Under the pieces are notes generated by a model. The model saw only the letters and a list, made by a program, of their open reading frames with translations, made no database searches and was not told where the DNA came from. Both the position numbers and the translations under genes were made by a program. Of a stretch of DNA of 64,000 nt, positions 28,454 through 38,098 are shown piece by piece; position 1 is the stretch's first letter; each line of letters begins with the position of its first letter. This stretch comes from a virus. Location of the stretch: IMG/VR virus record IMGVR_UViG_3300027967_000093, one strand, 5' to 3'.

Positions 28454-29538
28454 TGTCAATATTCGATAAAACATTAAAAGATACAAATAGACGGGATATT
28501 AACCTGAGAGAGCCTCAGGTTGATTCTCTGTTACCTTCGTATATTCAAACTGAATATCCTAAGTTTGTATCGTTCCTCAAGGACTACTTTGACTTTGAAG
28601 AACAAAATACTTCGACTACCAGATTCCTAAATAACATTTTCGAAACAAGAGATGTCACCCAAACAGATATTGATTTGTTGACATTCTTCGAAGATGAGTA
28701 TCTGTTGGGTCAAAACTATTTCCAAGGGTTCACAGATAAAAGAACCGCAGTAAAATACTCAAGTTATCTGTATCGTGCAAAAGGTACTCGTTATAGTATA
28801 CAACAGTTCTTCAAGACATTCTTTGATATTGAACCAGATGTTGTTTACACGAAACAATACATATTCACACTAAATGATTCAAAGATTGGTGCGGAATCTG
28901 CGCGATATCTAACAGATAACAAATTATATCAGACCTATGCACTACAGATTAGGTCAGAACTTTCGGTTGCACAGTGGCGTGATGCATACAAACTATTGGT
29001 ACATCCTGCGGGAATGTATCTTGGTGGTCTTACTCAGATTGTTGGTACTGCGTCATTAGACCAACTACAGTATGACCCAGGCGAAGCCATCAAACCACCA
29101 ATTGTATTGGAAGGTATTGGAGGACTTACTCCACTTGGTTTCGCACAAAATACTGCACTGTTCGACTTTGGTATCAGAGATGCGGATGATGATATAGTGA
29201 AATACAGAACAAACATGGGTAGTTCAGGTGACTACCCAAGTCCAGGCGGTAACGATATCAATGACGTAGGTGACTTGACAATCGATAACCTCGATAGACT
29301 ATACTCAAGTATGGCAGAGTATCTAACTCCAGACTCACCGACACTTGATGAAGACAGTGATGGAACAACTCAGTATGCAGGTTTCGATATCTCAAGTACA
29401 GAGACAATCGACCAAGAGATATTCACGTGGAACCCAACGGTTTCTCGTGTAGACTCTGATAACCTTGCGTTCCAGACTCCGGTTGGTGATTCAGATGGAG
29501 AAATTTCTCTCCGTGAAGTAATAGATGGTAATTATTAG
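28453..29538 (+). CDS. 7: Baseplate wedge gp7-like (short)
   Basis: LP.YI..EYP.FV.FL..Y, Y..KGT..S...FF...F, YQ.Y...I.S, W...YK.LVHPAG. Confidence 0.7.
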   Translation: MSIFDKTLKDTNRRDINLREPQVDSLLPSYIQTEYPKFVSFLKDYFDFEEQNTSTTRFLNNIFETRDVTQTDIDLLTFFEDEYLLGQNYFQGFTDKRTAVKYSSYLYRAKGTRYSIQQFFKTFFDIEPDVVYTKQYIFTLNDSKIGAESARYLTDNKLYQTYALQIRSELSVAQWRDAYKLLVHPAGMYLGGLTQIVGTASLDQLQYDPGEAIKPPIVLEGIGGLTPLGFAQNTALFDFGIRDADDDIVKYRTNMGSSGDYPSPGGNDINDVGDLTIDNLDRLYSSMAEYLTPDSPTLDEDSDGTTQYAGFDISSTETIDQEIFTWNPTVSRVDSDNLAFQTPVGDSDGEISLREVIDGNY

Positions 29539-29546
29539 TATAAATA
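29539..29546 (+). promoter_or_regulatory. Late promoter TATAAATA
   Basis: Exact consensus upstream of the gp9-like gene. Confidence 0.7.
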
Positions 29547-29574
29547 GATGTAATAATCTTTAGGTAAAAAGAGA

Positions 29575-30570
29575 ATGACTAGACAAGTATTAAACAGAGG
29601 CACAATCGCGAACGATGGTACGGGTGATACACTTCGTACTGCATCGTTGAAGATTGAACAGAACTTCCAAGAGTTGTATGATAAACTTGGGGATGGTTCT
29701 GCACTAATGCCATTAATCGATTTCGATTCCGCTGCTGTTGTATTCGGTACTACCGCAAACAACTTCAAGAGTCGAGTTCGAGTAGACACATTGTCTGCTA
29801 ATCGTAGTGTGCGTATTCCTAACTATGGCGGAAGTCTGGTTATGGATTCTGCAACTCAGACCTTGTCTAATAAGACTTTGTTGAGTCCAGTCATTACTAC
29901 ACCTCAGATTAATGACACAAGTTCTGACCACCAATATATTGTTGCGGTTAATGAACTGAGTGCAGATAGAACAATCACCCTTCCGTTATTGGGTGCGTCT
30001 GATACATTCGTATTCAATAGTCACACTGCAACATTATCTAATAAGACTCTTCTGAGTCCTACTATCAACAATCCGATTATTGGTTCTCAGATTTTGGATA
30101 GTGCGGGTAACGAATTAATTCAGTTCCAAGATTCTGGTTCTGCGGTTAACTTCATTCGAGTTGCGAATGCGACTACCGGACTACCTGCCGTGGTTCAGGC
30201 TGCGGGTGAAGCAAACTCTTCCTTATCTTTGAAAGGTACAGGAAATGGTGGTATTAAATTAGACTCTAAAATGATTCTGAAAACTCAGGGTCTTAATAGT
30301 GCAGGAACAATAAACTCAAACAATCCGATAACATTATTTAATAATGCATCTACTGCAAGTCATACATTGGCTAGTGGTACCACAGGTCAGAATGGTGAGA
30401 TAAAACATCTCGTCAATAAAGGTGCGGGAACACAGACAGTAAATGAAACGTCAAACAACGTTGCGGCATATGCAAGTTTCACTATGCCTCAAAACTCTGC
30501 AATTACGTTGGCGTGGTTTTCCTCTCAGTGGTTCGTTATAAATAATCTCGGTGCAACATTAAACGCGTAG
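29575..30570 (+). CDS. gp9/gp10-like baseplate fibre connector
   Basis: RQ.LN.G..ANDGTGDTLR.A..KI..NF.ELY N-terminus; TLSNKTLLSP repeats. Confidence 0.7.
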   Translation: MTRQVLNRGTIANDGTGDTLRTASLKIEQNFQELYDKLGDGSALMPLIDFDSAAVVFGTTANNFKSRVRVDTLSANRSVRIPNYGGSLVMDSATQTLSNKTLLSPVITTPQINDTSSDHQYIVAVNELSADRTITLPLLGASDTFVFNSHTATLSNKTLLSPTINNPIIGSQILDSAGNELIQFQDSGSAVNFIRVANATTGLPAVVQAAGEANSSLSLKGTGNGGIKLDSKMILKTQGLNSAGTINSNNPITLFNNASTASHTLASGTTGQNGEIKHLVNKGAGTQTVNETSNNVAAYASFTMPQNSAITLAWFSSQWFVINNLGATLNA

Positions 30571-30579
30571 GACATATAA

Positions 30580-31962
30580 ATGCCAGTAATTACCGATCAA
30601 TTTAAAAAGCAGGTTCTAGACGACCTACTCACTGACTTCAGAGATTCTGATAACAGTGTACGATATTATGCAGCAATTGGTAGATCCGAAGATTGGAATG
30701 ATTCTGATGTTCCTACTGTTCCTACCAATGACCTTGCGTCAGCCAGAGAATCTCGAGGTTCGTTACAGTCAATTAAATTGATTGAAGACGCATCTTATGT
30801 TATTCCTCGTAGGGTTTGGGTTGCAAACTTAATCTACTCTCCGTATGACGACAATGATGTTGGGTTTCCCGAGAATCCTTTCTATGTTATCAACTCGAAT
30901 AACGAAGTCTACATCTGCCTAGAACAAGGTAAGAGACAGGACGGTACTTCTCAGTTGTCGACTGTGCAACCTACTGGTAACACCACCGGCACGGCATTCC
31001 GTACTTCGGATGGTTACACTTGGAAGTTCTTGTATACTATCGGTGCACTTCGTGCAGATAAGTTCTTGTCTTCTGGTTATATGCCAGTTCAATTCGTTGC
31101 AACGACTGACTCGGATAGTCCGGCAGAAGATTTGCAACAAGAGATGGTACAGAACAATGCAGTCAAGGGACAGATTTTAGGTTATCGTATTATCAACGGT
31201 GGTTCTGGTTATACATCTAACCCAACTGTTAGTGTTATTGGTAATGGTACTGGCGCAAGTGCGTATGCAGTACGTGCTGGCGAGACTATCGTTGACATCA
31301 AAGTTAAAGAAGATTCCTCGGGTAATGCCGGTTCATCTTACTTTGGTACCGGATACAACTATGCGAATATAGTTGTGACTGGAGGTGGTGGTGACTCTTG
31401 TACTGTTCGTCCTATTATAGGTCAACCTAATGGCATGGGTTCTAATCCTGTCATCGACCTTAAAGCGAACGGTATGATGTTCAACTCTAAACCTGATGGT
31501 GTAGAGAATGATGACTTCATTACTGGTGATGAGATTTTCCGTCAAGTAATGTTGTTGCGTAACCCTAGAGTAGATAGTTCAGAAGGTACTTTACTTACAT
31601 CTACTTCCGCCCTTGCACTAGATAAGATTATACACGATGGAAGTGGATTTGTCAAGTCTACTGTGCAAAAATCTCAAATACAAGGTGTGACCTCTGGTGC
31701 AGTAGCCATCATTGATGACACCAACGATTCAGATACAATTTGGTATCACCAAAATGCAGAGACCGGATTTATTCCGTTCCAAAGTTCACCACCAGAAGAA
31801 ATACAAGTGGTTGGTAATACTGGTATCAACGGAACTATTACAAGTTTGGTAGAAGGTGAGTTTAATCCATACACTGGAGACTTACTATATATTGATAACC
31901 GTTCTGCTGTTACTCGTTCAAACGACCAAACCGAAGACTTGAAAATCGTAATTACTCTCTAG
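30580..31962 (+). CDS. 8: Baseplate wedge gp8
   Basis: YVIPRR.W, FYV.NS..EVYICL, T.DGY.WKFLY, GDLLYIDNR..V.RS.DQTEDLKIV. Confidence 0.85.
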   Translation: MPVITDQFKKQVLDDLLTDFRDSDNSVRYYAAIGRSEDWNDSDVPTVPTNDLASARESRGSLQSIKLIEDASYVIPRRVWVANLIYSPYDDNDVGFPENPFYVINSNNEVYICLEQGKRQDGTSQLSTVQPTGNTTGTAFRTSDGYTWKFLYTIGALRADKFLSSGYMPVQFVATTDSDSPAEDLQQEMVQNNAVKGQILGYRIINGGSGYTSNPTVSVIGNGTGASAYAVRAGETIVDIKVKEDSSGNAGSSYFGTGYNYANIVVTGGGGDSCTVRPIIGQPNGMGSNPVIDLKANGMMFNSKPDGVENDDFITGDEIFRQVMLLRNPRVDSSEGTLLTSTSALALDKIIHDGSGFVKSTVQKSQIQGVTSGAVAIIDDTNDSDTIWYHQNAETGFIPFQSSPPEEIQVVGNTGINGTITSLVEGEFNPYTGDLLYIDNRSAVTRSNDQTEDLKIVITL

Positions 31963-31971
31963 GATTAAGAA

Positions 31972-34900
31972 ATGCCAAACACGTTTACAGAACAAACATT
32001 CAGATCAACCTATAAGGATGATTATAAGGATAGTGACAACTATTCTCGTATTCTGTTCAATGCAGGTCGAGCACTACAGGCGCGTGAACTTACGCAACTA
32101 CAGACTATCATTCAATCAGAGATTAAACGGTTTGCAGATAACATCTTCCAGAAAGACGGTGTTCCTGTTTCTGCCGGTGGTGTTTCAATCAACAATTCAT
32201 ATGCTTTCATCAAGATTTCAAACGACCAGAATAACTCGTTTGATGATGTATCTGCACTGAAAGGTGTTGTACTTACGGGTGCAGACTCTTCAATTAAAGT
32301 AAAAGTTTATGAAGCAGTTGCTTCAGAAAACGGTGACCCTGATACCCTGTATGTACAATACACCGAGAACCCTAATACAATTAGTCCTAGTACGACATAT
32401 AACTCAGCCACACGTGTAACTCCAGGCGAGATTCTGTCGAACGGTTCTAACATCAATCTTACTGTACAGACCACTAACACTGCTGCAAACCCTGCAATTG
32501 GTTTCGGTAGTAATCTGTCTATTGGTGAATCACAATTTTATGTTAAGGGTCATTTCGTATTCGTTCCTAAACAAAGTATTTTCCTTGCGAAGTACGAGAG
32601 ATCTAAGACCGCTGACCTCGGATTTAAACTTGTTCAAGATATTGTAACTGTATCTGATACTGATACTTTATATGACAACCAGAATGCGACACCTAACCGT
32701 TCTTCGCCTGGCGCAGACCGTTATCGCATTAGACTTGTTCTTGCAAGACGAGACGAGGTTACATCGGGTGATACCTTTGTATACTTCTGTCGTGTAGAAG
32801 GCGGTGTAATTACTCATCAATTAACTTCTTCTGAAAACTACAATCAAATAAAAGAATTTGTTGCAACTCGCATCAAAGAGATTAACGGTGACTTCATTAA
32901 GAAGTACTGGAAACTTCGTGTAGAGCCCAATGGTTCAAATGCGAACTCCACTCTTATGTTGCGTATCGACCCAGGCACTGCATACATCGAAGGTAAACGT
33001 GTTGCGACTACTGTAACTCGAAGTCTTCCTATTCCAAAGGCAACAGACACTATTACTCGTGACGAAGAACAGATTGGTCTGGACTACGGTAATTACTACT
33101 ATTGGGATAGTGGTGTTGGTATGTTAGATATTGATACTGCCGAACAGGTAGTATTGTATGCAGGATTTGATGGCGCAGACTCTGCGATTGGTACTGCAAA
33201 CATTCGTGCAATTACCGAAGGGACTAATGCACTTCGTACTGGTGGATATACGTATACTCGTTCTCCATTATATAAAGCACACCTATTCAACATACATAGA
33301 ACCAACTTTAACCACACTTTACGTGACGTTAAGTCGGTCAAATCGAACACCAATACCCACTTAATTAACCTTGTTCAGGTTGCGGATAGTAGTGCCTATA
33401 TAGGTTCTGTTCTTCACGAACCAAAACAGAATGCACTTATCTTTGATACTCCGTTAAGTAGACCAAAAGGTTTCACTGACGTATCAATGACGTTTATGAA
33501 GAAGTATAACTTCACTGCTGATGGGGAAAACCATACTATTACCCTGACAGACTCAGGTGAAAGTTTCAACCGTGAAGCGGACATCTTAGTTGCATCTGCT
33601 ACCGAGTTTGCACCTGCGGGTGTATCTGGTTCAATCCAGTCCGGTAATAAAGACATCGTATTCTCTGGTCTGACCAATGGTGTCGCATACGAAGCAATCG
33701 TCTTTGTACGCAAGACTAATGCATCGGTCAAAACTAAGACTCTGACCGAAACTACTATCACTACGTCTCTAGATTCTAATGGTGCTGGTATTAAAGGTAT
33801 CAACCTAAGTCAGTCTGACATTTACTCTATCGAACGTGTAAGAAAGAATGACTCTGACGGTGAAGATATCTTCCCACACTTCATGTTCGATGCAGGACAC
33901 CATGTAACTCACTATGACGATGGTCGTCTGGTTTGGTCTGGTGGTGGTATCGATAGTGCTAACCAACCTATATTCGTTCGGTTTAAATACTTCGAACACT
34001 CGGTAAGTGGTCAGTTCTTTGCGGTTAACTCTTATGATGGTCAATTAGACTATCTTGATATCCCCGCACAGAAACTAGACAATGGTAACAAGGTTTCATT
34101 GCGTGACGTAATCGATTTCCGTCCTGCAACCGATGGTAGTGGTTCATACTCAGGTGGAACAGTTTGTCCTCTACCTGTCCCAGCTGACACTATCGAAGTG
34201 GATGCGGAATACTACTTGCCTCGTGCAGACAGATTGGTTATTTCTAAAGATGGTGAAATCCGTTATATTACTGGTTCATCTTCACTGAATCCAAAATATC
34301 CTGATGTACCTGTTGATTGTATCGACCTTTATAAAGTAAGGTTGAACCCTAACACGTTACATTCCCAAGATTTAAAAACTACCCTTATTCCACGTAAGGG
34401 TTATACCATGGCAGACATTAATAAGTTGGAAGAGAAGGTCGACCGTCTCGAAGAGATGACCACACTTTCACTTCTTGAACTTAATACCAAGTTCCTTTCG
34501 GTACTTGACTCTGCGGGTAATGACAGAACTAAGGCTGGTTTCTTTGTAGACAACTTCAAGAACCACCAACATTCACAAACTACTTCTCCGGAATATCGTG
34601 CTGCAATTGACAAACGTTCATTGTTGTTACGTCCTACTTTCGTAGAAGACTGTGCTGACTTGTTCTATGACAGTGGAAATGCAGGTCAACTTAGAACTAT
34701 TAAGAAAGATGATTTCTTGATGTTGGACTATAGTAATGTTGCATATGAGTCACAAGAACTTGCATCTAGTACTGAAAACCTTGCACCATTCTTCGTACCG
34801 CAAACAGTTGGTAACTTACTTCTTTCTCCTGAGACTGACTCTTGGAAAGAAACCGATAAGATTGGTGAGACTGTTGTTGGTCGTTCTACTGAATTTGACC

Positions 34901-37863
34901 TTAAACACGCACTCAACTGGAACAACTCGGAAAACGAGTGGTTCGGTGTCGACCCATCTGACCTCGAGGCCGGTGATGCTGCTACGTCATTCGTAAGTGG
35001 TACATCTACTGTTGTCACTCACAACTCTCTTGACACTGTCCTAATTGGTACAGAAACTACCGAGAAACTTGGTGAGTGGGTTAAGGTTGGTAACGTCACT
35101 GATGTTGAAACTCTGTATACCGAGACTGTAGAAATTTCACGTGAACGCGAAGAAGAGATTTCTCGTACTGCGATAGATTCATGGTGGGACGAGTATGGTT
35201 ACTATAGTAACAATTGGAATTTTTATGGTGATAATCAATATTATAATAGCAGTTACTTCTCCGGTCTAAATTGGAGTTGGTGGTGGTGGGCTGGTGAAGA
35301 AGTCACAACTGACATGTGGGATGTTGTTACGTCCGAGACACGTGACCGTGTAAAAACCACCAACACTTCTACATATGAAACTACTAAGACTATTCAGACT
35401 GAAAATACGTATGAAGGTACTGCTGAGGTTGTTACTTCAACTTCAACATCAAATACCGTCAACCGTATTGCGAGCGAATCAACTATACGTGACGTAGTCG
35501 GTAAGAAAGTTATTGATGTATCGGTCATTCCTTTCATGCGTTCAATCGAAATTCGATTCAAGGCTGAAGGTCTTCGTCCTAATACACAGTACTTCCCATT
35601 CTTTGATGGGTCTAACGTATCTTCATTCTGTAGAGAAGTTGCTACTCACCAATCGTTCTCTGATAATAAATACACCACTGCACAAGGTACTGGTGATGGT
35701 GAAGGTACTCAACGTACTACCCAAGAACATAGTGATGGTAAAGGTAACCTAGTATCTGATGCTGAAGGTACTATCATCGGTTCTTTCGAAGTACCGAATA
35801 ACGTTGCAATGCGTTTCCATACTGGACAACGTGAGTTTGTACTATTAGACGTAAATGCGCACGACTTCGGTGGTGCAATGTCTTATGCACGTGCAATGTT
35901 CTACTCACAAGGTGTACTTGAAGAGTATGAAGATGAAGTTAAACTAACTCGTGTACTTAAAGTTGTTGGTAGTCAAGATACTGAGATTGACCGTAGTGTG
36001 GATGTCCAATCTACTGTGTGGACAGAAACTCTTATTGATACTGAGATTGCAACTGACGTTAAGTCAAGTAACACTGTTACTACTCTTGTTACCGATACAA
36101 CAACTACAAGAGAACATGTTGGAACAGACGTTGCTTATGACTATAATTATTGGGATTGGATCACTCCTGTCGACCATACAACTGATACAACAACTCCGGC
36201 TGGTGCAACTGTTCAAGGTACACCAAACTCTGCGAGTTCTGTGCAGTATGACCCAGGCAACCGTGGTTCTGGTCACGCGCAAATAAACTTCTATGCAGAT
36301 CCACTTGCACAGACCTTCTTGATAACACAAAATAGTGGTGTGTTTGTTACTTCGATGGAGTTCTACTTCTCGAGTAAGGCAGACACTGCACCTGTATTCT
36401 GTGAGATTCGTCCTACAGTAAATGGTGTTCCGTCTTCTAGTAAGATTATTGCATACACCAAATTGTCACCTAGTCAAGTTAACTTGGTACCTGCGGGTGC
36501 GAATAACAAGACTATGTTGCAGAATGGTACTACCTTTACCTTTGACTCTCCTGTGTATCTTGCACAAGGTGAGTATGCGATGGTATTGCGTCCAGGCAAC
36601 AATGACCCTAGTTACAACGTTTATGTTGGTACTGTGGGTGAACGTCAACTTGGTTCTTCGGAAGCATTTATTTCACAACAACCTACTCTGGGTGGATTCT
36701 TTAAGTCTCAGAATGGTAAGTTGTGGGAACCTTCTTCTGGTCAAGATTTGTCATATAGAATCAATGTTGCACAGTTTGTATCTTCTGGTAACGCAATCCT
36801 CGAGAATGCTAACATTCCTCCGGTTGCATTGTCAAGAGACCCACTAGTAGTTGATTCTGGTTCTAACTCTGTACGAGTAATGTTGAAAGGTCATGGTCTC
36901 CGTGATGGTGACAAGACTTGGATTCGTGGTATTGACTCTGCGACTGACTTTGGTAACGGACTGACAGGTGCGGATGTAAATGGTGTACGTACTGTTATCG
37001 ACTATGATAACTCTGGTTACACTTATCAAGCAACTTCTTCTGCAACTTCACGTAAGTGGTTCGGTGGTTCTTCTGTCACTTCACAGAGAAACATCAACTT
37101 TGAAGAACTTCGTCCTGAGATTGATATCACCCAACCAAGTAATACCAATGTGACACTTTCTGCGAAGACAACTTCACAACAGTCATTGGCTGGTAGTGAG
37201 ACTCGATTCGTGAAAGAAAGTCAGTATCAAATCATCGAGAACAAGAAGAACAATGTCTTCTCAAGTGCTCGTGCGATTTATAATAGAAGAACCGAGAATC
37301 TTACTGGTGCAGGTAAACTTGCAGGTGAACGTTCTGCGACTGTACAGGTAACAATGAAATCAACTAACCCGTTTGTTTCACCTGTAATTGATTTACAACG
37401 TGCGAAACTGAACTGTGTTCACAACTTGATATCTAAACAAGATTCTTCTGCGACTGATGGTTTCAATGTTCCATTGACTTATATCGGAGAGAACAATCCT
37501 TCTTATGGTACTGAGTCTGCGAAACATATTACTAAGGTAACTACTCTTACCGAAGAGTCAGTTGGTCTGAAGATATTGTTGGCTGCAAACAAACCACCAC
37601 AGTCTGACTTCCTTGTATACTATAGAGTTGCGACTGCGGCAGATAACATTCAGAGTTCACAATGGTTCTTGGTATCACCTGAGAATAACTTACAACCAGA
37701 CACTAACAAAAATGTCTTCCGTGAGTATCGTTATCTGGTAGGTGGTGACGGTGGAACTATGAGACCATTCACTAAATTCCAAGTTAAGATTGTGATGAGG
37801 TCTACTAGTTCTGCTAAAGTCCCATCGTTCCGTGACTTGAGGATTATATCACTGGCAGTATAA
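31972..37863 (+). CDS. Large virion structural protein (VrlC/DUF4815-like)
   Basis: Y.DDY....Y.RILF..GRALQARELTQLQ, PGADRY.I.L, YLPR.D, YTMADI.KLE..V..LE..T.LS.LE, GFFVDNF, DPLAQTF. Confidence 0.8.
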   Translation: MPNTFTEQTFRSTYKDDYKDSDNYSRILFNAGRALQARELTQLQTIIQSEIKRFADNIFQKDGVPVSAGGVSINNSYAFIKISNDQNNSFDDVSALKGVVLTGADSSIKVKVYEAVASENGDPDTLYVQYTENPNTISPSTTYNSATRVTPGEILSNGSNINLTVQTTNTAANPAIGFGSNLSIGESQFYVKGHFVFVPKQSIFLAKYERSKTADLGFKLVQDIVTVSDTDTLYDNQNATPNRSSPGADRYRIRLVLARRDEVTSGDTFVYFCRVEGGVITHQLTSSENYNQIKEFVATRIKEINGDFIKKYWKLRVEPNGSNANSTLMLRIDPGTAYIEGKRVATTVTRSLPIPKATDTITRDEEQIGLDYGNYYYWDSGVGMLDIDTAEQVVLYAGFDGADSAIGTANIRAITEGTNALRTGGYTYTRSPLYKAHLFNIHRTNFNHTLRDVKSVKSNTNTHLINLVQVADSSAYIGSVLHEPKQNALIFDTPLSRPKGFTDVSMTFMKKYNFTADGENHTITLTDSGESFNREADILVASATEFAPAGVSGSIQSGNKDIVFSGLTNGVAYEAIVFVRKTNASVKTKTLTETTITTSLDSNGAGIKGINLSQSDIYSIERVRKNDSDGEDIFPHFMFDAGHHVTHYDDGRLVWSGGGIDSANQPIFVRFKYFEHSVSGQFFAVNSYDGQLDYLDIPAQKLDNGNKVSLRDVIDFRPATDGSGSYSGGTVCPLPVPADTIEVDAEYYLPRADRLVISKDGEIRYITGSSSLNPKYPDVPVDCIDLYKVRLNPNTLHSQDLKTTLIPRKGYTMADINKLEEKVDRLEEMTTLSLLELNTKFLSVLDSAGNDRTKAGFFVDNFKNHQHSQTTSPEYRAAIDKRSLLLRPTFVEDCADLFYDSGNAGQLRTIKKDDFLMLDYSNVAYESQELASSTENLAPFFVPQTVGNLLLSPETDSWKETDKIGETVVGRSTEFDLKHALNWNNSENEWFGVDPSDLEAGDAATSFVSGTSTVVTHNSLDTVLIGTETTEKLGEWVKVGNVTDVETLYTETVEISREREEEISRTAIDSWWDEYGYYSNNWNFYGDNQYYNSSYFSGLNWSWWWWAGEEVTTDMWDVVTSETRDRVKTTNTSTYETTKTIQTENTYEGTAEVVTSTSTSNTVNRIASESTIRDVVGKKVIDVSVIPFMRSIEIRFKAEGLRPNTQYFPFFDGSNVSSFCREVATHQSFSDNKYTTAQGTGDGEGTQRTTQEHSDGKGNLVSDAEGTIIGSFEVPNNVAMRFHTGQREFVLLDVNAHDFGGAMSYARAMFYSQGVLEEYEDEVKLTRVLKVVGSQDTEIDRSVDVQSTVWTETLIDTEIATDVKSSNTVTTLVTDTTTTREHVGTDVAYDYNYWDWITPVDHTTDTTTPAGATVQGTPNSASSVQYDPGNRGSGHAQINFYADPLAQTFLITQNSGVFVTSMEFYFSSKADTAPVFCEIRPTVNGVPSSSKIIAYTKLSPSQVNLVPAGANNKTMLQNGTTFTFDSPVYLAQGEYAMVLRPGNNDPSYNVYVGTVGERQLGSSEAFISQQPTLGGFFKSQNGKLWEPSSGQDLSYRINVAQFVSSGNAILENANIPPVALSRDPLVVDSGSNSVRVMLKGHGLRDGDKTWIRGIDSATDFGNGLTGADVNGVRTVIDYDNSGYTYQATSSATSRKWFGGSSVTSQRNINFEELRPEIDITQPSNTNVTLSAKTTSQQSLAGSETRFVKESQYQIIENKKNNVFSSARAIYNRRTENLTGAGKLAGERSATVQVTMKSTNPFVSPVIDLQRAKLNCVHNLISKQDSSATDGFNVPLTYIGENNPSYGTESAKHITKVTTLTEESVGLKILLAANKPPQSDFLVYYRVATAADNIQSSQWFLVSPENNLQPDTNKNVFREYRYLVGGDGGTMRPFTKFQVKIVMRSTSSAKVPSFRDLRIISLAV

Positions 37864-37864
37864 T

Positions 37865-38098
37865 ATGAAACAGAGACAATTGACAGCAGTAAAAGATGAA
37901 CCCGACTTTGCGAGAGATCCTGAGTCGGGTGCCATAATTAATATAAATAGAACTGAGATACAGAATGCACGTGAAGCGAAAAAACACAGAAAGCGCAAAG
38001 CACAAGAAGAAAGAAATCTGAAAGACAAGGTGAATAATCTCGAGAATGATATGAGAGATATAAAATCCTTACTTTCCCAACTAGTAGAGAAACTATAG
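37865..38098 (+). CDS. Small coiled-coil protein
   Basis: RDPESGAIIN...DIKSLL; contains internal TATAAATA at 37942. Confidence 0.65.
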   Translation: MKQRQLTAVKDEPDFARDPESGAIININRTEIQNAREAKKHRKRKAQEERNLKDKVNNLENDMRDIKSLLSQLVEKL

